From sequence record DRR723986_10824: 39,043 nucleotides of DNA. One strand, written 5' to 3'. The notes under the pieces are model-generated. The model was not told where the DNA came from. It searched no databases and worked only from the letters and a program-made list of their open reading frames with translations. Of the stretch, positions 1 to 9,220 are shown piece by piece (the first letter of the stretch is position 1; each line of letters starts with the position of its first letter). A program made the position numbers and the translations under genes.

Positions 1-1
1 A

Positions 2-1078
2 GACGCCCGCAACGGGCGCATGTTCATCCTTGTGGATGCCGAAGACCGCGAGAATGAGGGCGACCTGATCATCCCGGCAAATTTTGCAACGCCGGAGCAA
101 GTCAATTTCATGGCCCGTCACGGCCGTGGCCTGATCTGCCTCGCCATGACGCAGGAGCGTGCTCATACGCTGAACCTCGACATGATGACCCGGAATAACC
201 GGGAGAGCATGGGCACGGCCTTCACCGTTTCCATCGAGGCGAAGGAAGGCGTCACGACAGGGATTTCCGCGCACGATCGCGCGAAGACCATCGCTGTCGC
301 AATCGACCCGACCAAGGACTACGATGATATCGTTTCACCCGGTCACGTTTTCCCGCTGGTCGCCAAGGATGGCGGAACGCTGGTCCGCGCGGGCCATACG
401 GAAGCCGCCGTCGACATTTCTCGCATGGCCGGCCTCTATCCGGCCGGGGTGATCTGCGAGATCATGAATGAAGACGGCTCGATGGCACGCCTGCCGGACC
501 TCGTTGCTTTCGCGCAGCTCCACAATCTGAAAATCGGTACCATTGCGGACCTGATCGCCTGGCGCCGCCAGAATGACCGGTTCCTTGAGCGCCGGGTCGA
601 GGCTCCGCTGGAGTCGGCCTATGGCGAAGGCTTCCGGACCGTGTGCTTCCGCAATGTGCTCGACAATTCCGAGCACATCGCCATCGTTCACGGCACGATC
701 AAGCCAGACTCGACTACACTGGTCCGCGTTCACCGCACTGACGTGCTGGCAGATATCCTGGGCGAGCGCGGTCCACGACAGGGCCTGGTCGAACGTGCGA
801 TGCGGATCATTGCTGAAGCGGAAGAGCCAGGCGTGGTCGTTTTCGTGAACACGATGCAGGCAAACGCCATCGCCGAACGTCTCGGCCTGAAGACGTCGAC
901 GCCGAAAGACCCGACCTCGCCGCTGCGTGAATACGGGATTGGTGCGCAAATTCTGCGGGAGCTCGGCGTGCGCAAGATGATTTACCTGTCCGATACGCAG
1001 CCCACCCGCGTTGCAGGGCTTGACGGATACGGCATGACGATAGAGGGGTGGCGCCGCCTCAACGAGGAGACAAACTGA
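2..1078 (+). CDS. ribB: 3,4-dihydroxy-2-butanone-4-phosphate synthase with a degenerate C-terminal GTP cyclohydrolase II-like domain (RibBX type), 5'-truncated by the window edge
   Basis: Motifs [36 protein letters not shown] and RAGHTEA are present. The frame is open upstream of ATG 20 ([12 protein letters not shown]), so the true start lies before base 1. ribH and nusB follow. Confidence 0.95.
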   Translation, partial: DARNGRMFILVDAEDRENEGDLIIPANFATPEQVNFMARHGRGLICLAMTQERAHTLNLDMMTRNNRESMGTAFTVSIEAKEGVTTGISAHDRAKTIAVAIDPTKDYDDIVSPGHVFPLVAKDGGTLVRAGHTEAAVDISRMAGLYPAGVICEIMNEDGSMARLPDLVAFAQLHNLKIGTIADLIAWRRQNDRFLERRVEAPLESAYGEGFRTVCFRNVLDNSEHIAIVHGTIKPDSTTLVRVHRTDVLADILGERGPRQGLVERAMRIIAEAEEPGVVVFVNTMQANAIAERLGLKTSTPKDPTSPLREYGIGAQILRELGVRKMIYLSDTQPTRVAGLDGYGMTIEGWRRLNEETN

Positions 1079-1506
1079 TGGCTGACCGGGTTCTGGTAGC
1101 GGTTTCGCACTACTACAAACATATTTCCGAAGAGATGCTGGCTGGCGCAATGGAAGTGCTGGAAGCAGCCGACGCGAAAGTCACAGTGATGGAGGTGCCG
1201 GGCGCCTTTGAGCTGCCGGGCGTCATAGCCATGGCGGCAGACTCGGGACGGTTCGATGGTGCAGTCGCCCTGGGTTGCGTGATCCGCGGTGAGACAACTC
1301 ACTATGATTATGTCTGCGGCGAGAGCGCGCGGGGTCTGATGGACCTGATCGTCAATCGCCGGCAGGCCATCGGCTACGGTATTCTGACCGTCGAGAACGA
1401 GGCACAGGCGCTGGCACGTGCCGATCGCAAGCGCGGCAACAAGGGTGCGGACGCTGCGAATGCCTGTCTCTCCATGATCAAATTCCGCAAGGAACTCATT
1501 CGTTGA
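1078..1506 (+). CDS. ribH: 6,7-dimethyl-8-ribityllumazine synthase
   Basis: Motifs VPGAFELP, LGCVIRGETTHYDYV, GILTVEN and NKG. ATG 1078 overlaps the ribB stop (TGATG). Confidence 0.96.
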   Translation: MADRVLVAVSHYYKHISEEMLAGAMEVLEAADAKVTVMEVPGAFELPGVIAMAADSGRFDGAVALGCVIRGETTHYDYVCGESARGLMDLIVNRRQAIGYGILTVENEAQALARADRKRGNKGADAANACLSMIKFRKELIR

Positions 1507-1970
1507 GCGACCAGAAGTTCCCATTTGAAGTCACACGCGCGCGCCGTGCTGGTGCGCGCCTTGCCGCCGTGCAGGCGCTCTACGCTATGGAGCAGACCGG
1601 CAAGTCGGCGCGGGAGACCATTCGTGCCTTCATGGAAGACAAGCTTGGCATCGGCCCAAATGAGGAACCCGTGGAAGAGGCCGATCCGGATCTTTTCAAG
1701 TCCATCGTCAATGGTGTGGTGGACAATCAGGCAACGATCGACAAAGCCATCCTGAAGCGTCTTGCGTCAGGGTGGAAGCTGACCCGCCTCGACGCAACGA
1801 TGCGCGCCCTGCTCCGCGCAGGCGCCGCTGAGTTCATCGTGCACCAGCATCTCTCCCATGCCGTGATCATGGATGAGTACGTGTCCCTCGCACACGACTT
1901 CTTTGAAGAGTCAGAGGCCAAGTTCGCCAACGCCGTGTTGGACAATGTCGGGAATGATCTGCGCGCCTAA
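1503..1970 (+). CDS. nusB: Transcription antitermination factor NusB
   Basis: RRAGARLAAVQALY, W..RLD..RALLR, EYV.LA..F and FANAVLD. TTG start overlaps the ribH stop. ribH-nusB synteny. Confidence 0.95.
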   Translation: MSDQKFPFEVTRARRAGARLAAVQALYAMEQTGKSARETIRAFMEDKLGIGPNEEPVEEADPDLFKSIVNGVVDNQATIDKAILKRLASGWKLTRLDATMRALLRAGAAEFIVHQHLSHAVIMDEYVSLAHDFFEESEAKFANAVLDNVGNDLRA

Positions 1971-3136
1971 TCGAGCGCGCGTGCCCAGGCCCTGACTTCA
2001 TCGACAAAGAGCGTGGGTTTTTCCATCGCTGCAAAGTGGCCGCCTTTTGGCATGTCACGCCAATGTATGAGATTGTAGGCTCGTTCGACCCAGCTTTTTG
2101 GTGGGGCCGTATAAACCTTCTCTCCCGGGAAATTCGCAAACCCGGTCGGTGTCTCGCAGCGAGCACCTTCCGGCAGCTGCACACCGCCTTCCTGGAATAG
2201 GGCGTTATAATACCAGACGCTGGTCGCGATCGCATCATTGACGAGGTACAGCATCACATTCGTCAACAGCTGGTCTCGTGTGTAGACGGAGTAAAGATCA
2301 CCTTCACGCAGGTCTGACCAGCCATGGAACTTCTCAATGATCCAGGCAGCTGTGCCGACCGGAGAATCCATCAATGCCATGGCAAGTGTTTGCGGCTTTG
2401 TCGCCTGCTCCATGAAATAGGCGCCTTCGGCCTGCATCGCGCCCTGCATATTGGTCAGCCAGTTCGCTTCTTCCTCCGTGTTCGGAGTTGGCGGTGTCGG
2501 ACGGAAACCAATCATGTTGAGGTGAATCGCGCTGCAACCGCCTTTTTTGTCGTGCGCGCCATGGTTCAGACCTAGCCAGGATGTGACAAGCCCGCCCCAG
2601 TCTCCGCCTTGGGCAAGATAGGATTTGTAGCCGAGTACATCGCGCATAAGCTCATCCCACAGCGCCGCGGTTGCGCGTTGGCCCATGGGAGAGGCGGGCT
2701 TCTCCGAGAACGCGTAGCCAGGCAGGCTGGGGATCACGATATCGAATGCATCGGCTGCTTCGCCACCATGGCGGGACGGGAAGGCGAGCGGTTCTATGGC
2801 ATCCCAGAACTCGAAGAACGAACCCGGCCAACCGTGGGTCAGCAACAGCGGGCGCTTGCCTTCGGCTTCACCTACAACGTGAACAAAGTGGGTTTCCATG
2901 CCGCCGACGTCTGCCTTGAAGCTTGGATACTTGTTCAGCAGGTCTTCCTGCGCGCGCCAATCGTACTCGTTCAGCCAGTATTTGCAGAGTTCCTGAAGAA
3001 CTGGCGTCGACATGCCATACGCGAAGCCCTGTTCATTTTCGGGCGCCGGGAACCATCGATAGGCTGCAACCCGCTCCCGGATGGCGGCGAGCTTTGCGTC
3101 GGAAACGGAAATATTGAACGGTCGTACCTGGCTCAT
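1967..3136 (-). CDS. Epoxide hydrolase (EHN N-terminal domain, alpha/beta hydrolase)
   Basis: HGWPGSF oxyanion motif, PSLPGY, QGGDWG nucleophile, GGHFAAME catalytic His, N-terminal YDWR. Confidence 0.92.
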   Translation of the reverse strand: MSQVRPFNISVSDAKLAAIRERVAAYRWFPAPENEQGFAYGMSTPVLQELCKYWLNEYDWRAQEDLLNKYPSFKADVGGMETHFVHVVGEAEGKRPLLLTHGWPGSFFEFWDAIEPLAFPSRHGGEAADAFDIVIPSLPGYAFSEKPASPMGQRATAALWDELMRDVLGYKSYLAQGGDWGGLVTSWLGLNHGAHDKKGGCSAIHLNMIGFRPTPPTPNTEEEANWLTNMQGAMQAEGAYFMEQATKPQTLAMALMDSPVGTAAWIIEKFHGWSDLREGDLYSVYTRDQLLTNVMLYLVNDAIATSVWYYNALFQEGGVQLPEGARCETPTGFANFPGEKVYTAPPKSWVERAYNLIHWRDMPKGGHFAAMEKPTLFVDEVRAWARALD

Positions 3137-3200
3137 GAGTGTCCTCCTGAACGGCGGACCCTATCGCGAAGGTGCAACTGGCGCGAGCGGTTACCCGGCG

Positions 3201-3542
3201 TCAGATTGAAAAGCTTGTCCCGCAGCCGCAGGCAGCCGTTGCGTTCGGATTGTTGATCTTGAACGCTGCGCCGATCAGTTCGGTCGAAAAATCGATCTCG
3301 GAACCATTCAGGAATTCGAGGCTCATTTCATCGATCAGGACCTTTGCCCCGTCGCGTTCGACAAGCAGATCGTCAGGATTCGCCTCTGAGGCGAAATCGA
3401 ACTTGTATGAGAAGCCGGAACAGCCGCCACCCTCGACAGAGACGCGCAGGAAGTCTGCACCGTCCTGTTTGGCTAGAATCGCATTAATGCGCTTGGCAGC
3501 CGAAGCGGTAAGGGTCACATCAGGGGCAGTCGTCGTGCTCAT
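3201..3542 (-). CDS. erpA: A-type Fe-S cluster carrier (HesB/IscA/ErpA family)
   Basis: GGGCSGFSY and NPNATAACGCGTSF. Start placed at MSTTTAPDV (ATG 3542) because the longer ORF would overlap dgt. Confidence 0.9.
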   Translation of the reverse strand: MSTTTAPDVTLTASAAKRINAILAKQDGADFLRVSVEGGGCSGFSYKFDFASEANPDDLLVERDGAKVLIDEMSLEFLNGSEIDFSTELIGAAFKINNPNATAACGCGTSFSI

Positions 3543-3569
3543 GACCCCTAGATAGGGACGTTTGGACCA

Positions 3570-4742
3570 ATGGAAAAGAGAGCGGTGTATGCAACGCGCC
3601 ATGAAGACAGCCGGGGCCGGTATCATGATGAAGCTCCGTCTGCCACGCGCACGCCCTTCCAGCGCGACCGCGACCGCATCATTCACTCTACGGCTTTTCG
3701 GCGACTGAAGCAGAAAACGCAGGTCTTTGTGGCGCATGAAGGTGATCATTTTCGCACGCGTCTGACCCATTCTCTGGAAGTGGCGCAGATTGCCCGCAGT
3801 ATTTCACGTACGCTGGGGCTGGATGAGGATCTGGCTGAGGCTATGGCGCTGGCGCACGATATGGGCCACCCACCGTTCGGGCATGCTGGTGAGGATCAGC
3901 TTGACGCGTGCATGGAACCTTTTGATGGTTTTGATCATAACGCCCAGACGCTCCGCGTCGTCACGCGGCTGGAAGTGCGCTATCCGGATTTCGACGGTCT
4001 GAACCTGACCTGGGAAATGCTGGAAGGCCTGGTAAAACACAACGGCCCTCTGATCGATGCCGATACGCGCGTCGCCGATCTCCCGGCAGCATTCCGGGAG
4101 TTTTCCCGCATCGAAGACCTAGAGCTAGACCAGTTCGCAGGACCGGAAGCCCAGGTTGCGGCGCTGTCAGACGACATTGCCTACAATAATCACGACATTG
4201 ACGACGGCATTGCTGCTGGTCTCTTCACGATCCAGGAACTGATGGAACTCCCCATCGTGGGTGATGTTTTCCGGGGCGTAAAAATTGAATTTCCGCATCT
4301 GACGGACCGGATGGTCACGTATGAAGCGGTCCGCCAGCTCATCGGGATCTGGATCAACGATCTTGTTGATGAAACCCGGCGCCGAGTGAAGCGCCTTCAG
4401 CCGGCGAGCGCCGCGGAAGTCCGCGCCCTTGGCGAGCCACTGGTCGGGTTCAGTGACGAGCTTGCCGACAAACAGCGGGCGCTAAGGGCCTTCCTGTTTG
4501 AACGGATGTACAAGCATTACAAGGTGAACCGGATGCGTTCGAAGGCGAAACGGATCCTTGCCGAGCTGTTCGAGGGGTTCACGTCAGAGCCACAAACACT
4601 CCCGTCGCCCTGGCGGGAAGATGCCTCGCAGGCGGATGCGTTTCGCCGGGCCCGCATCGTTTGCGATTACATCGCGGGCATGACCGATGGCTATGCCATT
4701 GAGGAGCACCGGCGCCTCTGCGACCTCAGCCAGCTGGGCTGA
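3570..4742 (+). CDS. dgt: Deoxyguanosinetriphosphate triphosphohydrolase (HD domain)
   Basis: RTPFQRDRDRIIHSTAFRRLKQKTQVF, RTRLTHSLEV, AHDMGHPPFGHAGE, DDIAY..HD.DDG and DYIAGMTD. Confidence 0.95.
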   Translation: MEKRAVYATRHEDSRGRYHDEAPSATRTPFQRDRDRIIHSTAFRRLKQKTQVFVAHEGDHFRTRLTHSLEVAQIARSISRTLGLDEDLAEAMALAHDMGHPPFGHAGEDQLDACMEPFDGFDHNAQTLRVVTRLEVRYPDFDGLNLTWEMLEGLVKHNGPLIDADTRVADLPAAFREFSRIEDLELDQFAGPEAQVAALSDDIAYNNHDIDDGIAAGLFTIQELMELPIVGDVFRGVKIEFPHLTDRMVTYEAVRQLIGIWINDLVDETRRRVKRLQPASAAEVRALGEPLVGFSDELADKQRALRAFLFERMYKHYKVNRMRSKAKRILAELFEGFTSEPQTLPSPWREDASQADAFRRARIVCDYIAGMTDGYAIEEHRRLCDLSQLG

Positions 4743-4808
4743 AGGCCGGGACACCTACTGCAAGATTTGAGGAAATCCCTGCCATCGACCAAAGCGGAGG
4801 GGCTGTTG

Positions 4809-4846
4809 TTCAATTGCCGTTAACGAAACGAGCCTAAAAATTAACC
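4809..4846 (+). promoter_or_regulatory. Candidate CtrA box plus half-site upstream of the SPOR-nagZ-scpAB operon
   Basis: TTCA-N7-TTAAC at 4809-4824 (one mismatch to TTAA-N7-TTAAC) and TTAACC at 4841-4846. Confidence 0.45.
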
Positions 4847-4874
4847 TCAGGAAACAAGCCAGAAGGGACGTTTC

Positions 4875-5702
4875 ATGAGTCGCTACCGTTACGGCGCCGA
4901 TGAGGCTTCACCATTCGAAGATGACTATCGCGGATTCGACATTCGCGACGATGAGACCGCGCGAGGACCATTGATCCTGGCGCTGGCGATCGGCGTGCTC
5001 CTGGTGTTCGGCGCAGTGGTCTGGAACACATACCGTCAAGGCGTCCGCTCCAATGGAGGAGGTCTGCCCAGCGTGATTGCCGATGCGCAGCCTTACAAAC
5101 GCATTCCGGATGAGCGGGGCGGACTTGAAGTGCGCGATACCGACAAGCGATTCTACGACCAAATGGACGCGTCCGAGCGCATCCCCGATCTGGCCAGTCT
5201 TGACGGTGGCGATGGCTCTGACATGCTGCAGGGCGGTCCACCCATTGATTTGCGTCCGACGGACGATGAGGTGGATGGCAGCGATCCGGACAATGGGATG
5301 CCGAACTCTGTCGCCGACGAGGTTGCTGAACTGGCCGATCTCAGCCGGCCTGACCGGGGGATTGAGTCGGAGGCACTTGCGCCGATGCCAGCGCCGCGCG
5401 CGCCACTCCCGCCGCCGCGTGAGGTTTCGCCACAGTTCGCCTTCAGCGAAGGGGGGCAGTACCTCGTGCAGGTGGCAGCGTTTCGCACCCAGGATGCTGC
5501 AGAGGCCGCATGGCGCAAATCTGCGTCTGAGCACCCGAATCTCTACCGCGGTGCCGGAAAACGGATCCAGCGGGCCGATCTGGGCGCCAAAGGTGTGTTC
5601 TACCGCTTGCGAGTCGGCGGCTTTAGCCAAAAAACAGAGGCAGACGCCTTTTGCGATGCGCTGAAGGCCGAAGGCGACAACTGTATTGTGGTGACCGGAT
5701 AG
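4875..5702 (+). CDS. Bitopic SPOR-domain cell-division protein (FtsN-like)
   Basis: One N-terminal TM segment (LILALAIGVLLVFGAVVW), an acidic/Pro-rich linker and a C-terminal SPOR domain (YLVQVAAF...FYRLRVGGF..A.AFC..LK..G..CIV). Lies upstream of nagZ. Confidence 0.88.
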   Translation: MSRYRYGADEASPFEDDYRGFDIRDDETARGPLILALAIGVLLVFGAVVWNTYRQGVRSNGGGLPSVIADAQPYKRIPDERGGLEVRDTDKRFYDQMDASERIPDLASLDGGDGSDMLQGGPPIDLRPTDDEVDGSDPDNGMPNSVADEVAELADLSRPDRGIESEALAPMPAPRAPLPPPREVSPQFAFSEGGQYLVQVAAFRTQDAAEAAWRKSASEHPNLYRGAGKRIQRADLGAKGVFYRLRVGGFSQKTEADAFCDALKAEGDNCIVVTG

Positions 5703-6739
5703 TGGCGAAGGCCTGTATTCTCAGCGTTTCAGGCCCGGTCCTGACACCAGGTGAAGCGGACCTGTTCAAGGCGCAAAATCCGTGGGGTGTGATCCTCATG
5801 GGCCGTTCGTGCGTGTCACGTGATCAGGTGCGCAGGCTGGTGGCGGACATCTGGGATTCGACAGGCCGGGAAACGTTGATTTTCATCGACCAGGAAGGCG
5901 GGCGCGTGGCGCGGCTAAAGGCGCCGGAATGGCCGCTGTTTCCCCACGGCGCAGACTATGCCGCGATCTATGAAAAGCACCCTGAGCTAGGGCGAGAGGC
6001 CTGCTGGCTCGGTCACAGGCTGATTGCATCGGAACTCGCGAGTTTGTCGATCCACGCCGATTGCGCTCCGGTTGTCGACCTGCCGGTGCCAGGGGCGCAT
6101 GATGTGATTGGGGACAGGGCGTTTGGCACAGAGCCGGAGCAGGCGGCGGACCTTGCCCAGGCCGCTATCGCTGGTCTGCACGCTGGCGGGGTTGCGAGCG
6201 TGATCAAGCACATTCCCGGGCATGGCCGGTCCATGGCAGACAGCCATCTGGAACTGCCACGCGTAACCGCTGGGGACAACGAGCTGTCGAAAGACTTCGA
6301 TGCCTTCTCCCGGGTCGCTGATGCGCCGATGGCGATGACAGCCCACATCGCTTACGAGGCCTACGATCCCGGCAAGGCAGCAACAGTGTCCCGCTACATG
6401 ATTCAGGAGATCATACGAGGCCGAATCGGGTTTGATGGTCTCCTGATGACAGATGATCTGGGGATGAGGGCACTGGGCGGCAGCCTCGCCGATCGCGCGC
6501 ACGCGTCGATCAAAGCGGGTTGTGATATGCTGCTGCATTGCTCCGGGTTTCTCAAGGATCCGGCAGAAATTCTTGCCGAAATGACGGAAGTGGCGGAAGC
6601 CGCACCTGTTCTGGCAGGGCGTGCCGCAGAACGTGCCGCTGCAGCTGATGGCATCGCGCAGCAGGCCGAACCGATTGAGCTGGCCAGGGCCTGGCAGCGG
6701 TTCCATGAGCTTTTCCCGAATGTGGGCGCGGCCGCATGA
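5702..6739 (+). CDS. nagZ: Beta-N-acetylhexosaminidase (GH3)
   Basis: IDQEGGRVARL, KHIPGHG...DSH, MTAHI and TDDLGM. GTG start overlaps the upstream TAG. Confidence 0.94.
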   Translation: MAKACILSVSGPVLTPGEADLFKAQNPWGVILMGRSCVSRDQVRRLVADIWDSTGRETLIFIDQEGGRVARLKAPEWPLFPHGADYAAIYEKHPELGREACWLGHRLIASELASLSIHADCAPVVDLPVPGAHDVIGDRAFGTEPEQAADLAQAAIAGLHAGGVASVIKHIPGHGRSMADSHLELPRVTAGDNELSKDFDAFSRVADAPMAMTAHIAYEAYDPGKAATVSRYMIQEIIRGRIGFDGLLMTDDLGMRALGGSLADRAHASIKAGCDMLLHCSGFLKDPAEILAEMTEVAEAAPVLAGRAAERAAAADGIAQQAEPIELARAWQRFHELFPNVGAAA

Positions 6740-7569
6740 GTAGCGATTCTGTCACGATGGAGACTCTCTCTTCCGACATGGAAGAGGCTGACATCCAGGA
6801 CATTTTCCGCGTCGATATCGGCGGATATGAAGGCCCGTTGCATCTGCTTCTGGAGCTCGCCCGCCGTCAGAAGGTCGATCTCCTGCATCTTTCCATACTC
6901 GAACTGGCCGAGCAGTATCTCGTCTTCATTGAGGACGCGAAAAAGCGCCGGATGGACCTCGCAGCCGACTACCTTCTGATGGCGTCCTGGCTGGCATTCA
7001 TGAAGTCCAGACTTCTCCTGCCAAAGCCGGAAAAGCCGGACGAAGACGAACCGACTGGCGAAGAGATGGCTGCGCGGCTTGCTTTCCGTCTGAAGCGGCT
7101 CGACGCCATGCGCGATGCCGTGAAAGAGCTGCAGGGCGGGCCGATATTGGACAATGTCGTTTTCCTGCGCGGCACGCCGGAGCAGCCCAAAGTGATCCGC
7201 CACACGGAATGGAATGCCAGCCTGTACGAGCTGACGCAGGCTTTCGGTTCGATCAGGGACCGGCGCGAGAAAGAGCGCCCGCACGTGATCGAGCAACAGC
7301 TGGTCTTGCCTCTGGAACTTGCCCGTACGACGCTCAGGCAGCTTCGCGGACAGCTCGCGCAGTGGTCTTCACTTGACGAGATTAGCCTGACCATGACGGA
7401 TGTGGACCCGGAGTTGCCCACACGCTCGGTCACGGCCAGCGTATTCTCAGCGGCGCTGGAACTTGTACGCGACGGCGAGGTCGAAGTCCGGCAGGACACC
7501 CATTTTGCGCCGTTGTACCTGCGGAATGCGCAAACCCACCCACAGGGGGGCAGCCATGCAGATGTTTGA
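6736..7569 (+). CDS. scpA: Segregation and condensation protein A (kleisin)
   Basis: YEGPLHLLLEL, AADYLLMASWLAFMKSRLLLP and F.A.LEL...G...RQ...FAPLY. Confidence 0.95.
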   Translation: MSSDSVTMETLSSDMEEADIQDIFRVDIGGYEGPLHLLLELARRQKVDLLHLSILELAEQYLVFIEDAKKRRMDLAADYLLMASWLAFMKSRLLLPKPEKPDEDEPTGEEMAARLAFRLKRLDAMRDAVKELQGGPILDNVVFLRGTPEQPKVIRHTEWNASLYELTQAFGSIRDRREKERPHVIEQQLVLPLELARTTLRQLRGQLAQWSSLDEISLTMTDVDPELPTRSVTASVFSAALELVRDGEVEVRQDTHFAPLYLRNAQTHPQGGSHADV

Positions 7570-8572
7570 GAAGATTGAAATGAACGACGAAACGTCAGCC
7601 GAAAAGAAACCGAGCGCGGTTACGCAGCTCGCGCTGGCTTTCCGCCGGTCTGAAGAAGCGCTGCAAGAAGACATGAACGAGGCGTTGGCTGAAGGCGTGC
7701 GCCGGGCTGAGGCTGTTCTGTTCGCAGCGGGTGAACCATTGTCGGCAACGCAGATCGCGGAAATTCTTCCGCACGGTGTTGAAGCTGCTGAAGTGTTGAT
7801 GACCCTGCGGGCGCTTTATGTGAACCGGGGGGTGAACCTGGTCGAGGTCGCCGGCAAGTGGCGCTTCCAGACAGCGCAGGACCTGTCTTATCTCTTCGTG
7901 GAAGAGCGTCAGGTTCAGAAGAAACTCAGCCAGGCGGCGCTCGAAACCCTGGCGATCATTGCCTACGGCCAGCCAGTCACGCGCGCAGAGATCGAAGCGG
8001 TTCGGGGCGTGGCGGTTTCTAAAGCCGTGATCGACACGCTGATGGAGACCGGCTGGATAAAGATCAAAGGCCGGCGCAAGACGCCGGGTCAACCACTGAC
8101 CTACGGGACCACAGATGCATTCCTTGAGCATTTCGGCCTTGAGAGCCTGAGCACGCTGCCGGGCAAGGCGGACCTCGAAGCAGAAGGTCTGCTGTCGGAT
8201 GTCATTCCGGCGGGGTTCCAGATGCCGGATGAGGAGGCACTCAGCGAAGAAGAGCTGCTTGTGGATGCGGGCGGTGATACCGAAGAAATTGAATCCTTTG
8301 TGACCGATTTCATGGATGATAGTCCGGATGAGGAAGAAGTTGAGGCGGAAGCTGAAGCAGAATCCTATCCGGAAGAGCCTGTGGAAGACGTCGAGGCAGA
8401 CGAGCACGAGGATGACGGAATTAGCGTCTTTGCCTATACGCGGGCGCCTGTCCGGACTGCCGAAGAGCAGGAAGATTTTGACCGCGACGACATCAAGGCG
8501 GCCGTGATGCGTCTCCGCAAGGAAGAGCGGACGCCGGAACAGCCCATTTCCGAATGGAATGAGGACGACTAG
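7556..8572 (+). CDS. scpB: Segregation and condensation protein B with a long acidic C-terminal tail
   Basis: EAVLFAAGEPL, LSQAALETLAIIAYGQPVTRAEIEAVRGV and YGTTDAFLEHFGL. Start at ATG 7556 (alternatives 7562 or 7580). Confidence 0.93.
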   Translation: MQMFEKIEMNDETSAEKKPSAVTQLALAFRRSEEALQEDMNEALAEGVRRAEAVLFAAGEPLSATQIAEILPHGVEAAEVLMTLRALYVNRGVNLVEVAGKWRFQTAQDLSYLFVEERQVQKKLSQAALETLAIIAYGQPVTRAEIEAVRGVAVSKAVIDTLMETGWIKIKGRRKTPGQPLTYGTTDAFLEHFGLESLSTLPGKADLEAEGLLSDVIPAGFQMPDEEALSEEELLVDAGGDTEEIESFVTDFMDDSPDEEEVEAEAEAESYPEEPVEDVEADEHEDDGISVFAYTRAPVRTAEEQEDFDRDDIKAAVMRLRKEERTPEQPISEWNEDD

Positions 8573-8574
8573 GT

Positions 8575-9177
8575 TCAGGCAGTCACTTCGAAACGGAACC
8601 GGCGTTCGTCGTCGAACAGTCCTAGGATGTCTTCTTCCTGCGTCCCGCCGCCAATATTGTGAATCACATATGGGTGGCCGGCAGACGTTCGCTTGTCCGA
8701 CACGATTCCTATGTGAGGCAAGCGGCCGCCCAATCGCATTGTATACAGATCACCCGGCTGCCAGCCATCCAGCGCTACGGGCAGGGGCAAGTCGGCGCCC
8801 CGGCGTTCGAAGAATCGTTCGAGATTGGGTACTCGTCTGTGATCAATGTTCCGGTCCGGACGGCTGAGCCCCCAGATTGCTGGATAATCCGTAAACGCGG
8901 TTTTCATGTCATCGTGGACGAGTTTCTGAAGATCCACCTCGAAAGCATCCCGGTAGGCGCGCACAATCACATCGGTGCAGACGCCGGTTGACCGGTCGAC
9001 ATCGCCCATGGGGTAATCCAGCTGGACATAGGCCGCGTCATAGCTCCGCGTCACGCCTATCTGCTGGCGCGCCGCTTTTGAGAGGCGCGTGGCGAAGGGA
9101 AGCGATCGATCACCGAACGTCTGCGGTAGCAGGGGGAGCGCAAGCGTGGAGACAAACATGGACCGGCGCGTGTACAT
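8575..9177 (-). CDS. DUF1287 (YijF-like) protein with a twin-arginine-like signal
   Basis: YPMGDV...GVCTDVIVRAYR, D.NIDHRRVPNL, WQPGD, HIGIVS and IHNIG. N-terminus MYTRRSMF followed by a hydrophobic stretch. Confidence 0.85.
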   Translation of the reverse strand: MYTRRSMFVSTLALPLLPQTFGDRSLPFATRLSKAARQQIGVTRSYDAAYVQLDYPMGDVDRSTGVCTDVIVRAYRDAFEVDLQKLVHDDMKTAFTDYPAIWGLSRPDRNIDHRRVPNLERFFERRGADLPLPVALDGWQPGDLYTMRLGGRLPHIGIVSDKRTSAGHPYVIHNIGGGTQEEDILGLFDDERRFRFEVTA

Positions 9178-9220
9178 GCGCCTAACAGATCATCGAGTTC
9201 CGGCAGGAATGCGGCGGAAT

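Noticed and set aside
3543..3770. N-terminal extensions given by the ORF track for erpA, scpB, HxlR, enoyl-CoA hydratase, dusB, ntrB, ntrC, trkH and others
   Set aside because: They overlap neighbouring genes or promoters and lack family similarity. Downstream starts with RBS or stop-start coupling fit better.
3570..4742. dGTPase (and mazG at 34146-34979) as anti-phage nucleotide-depletion defence
   Set aside because: Both have housekeeping length and sit in conserved core contexts (erpA-dgt, hfq-hflX-mazG) with no defence or mobile genes nearby.
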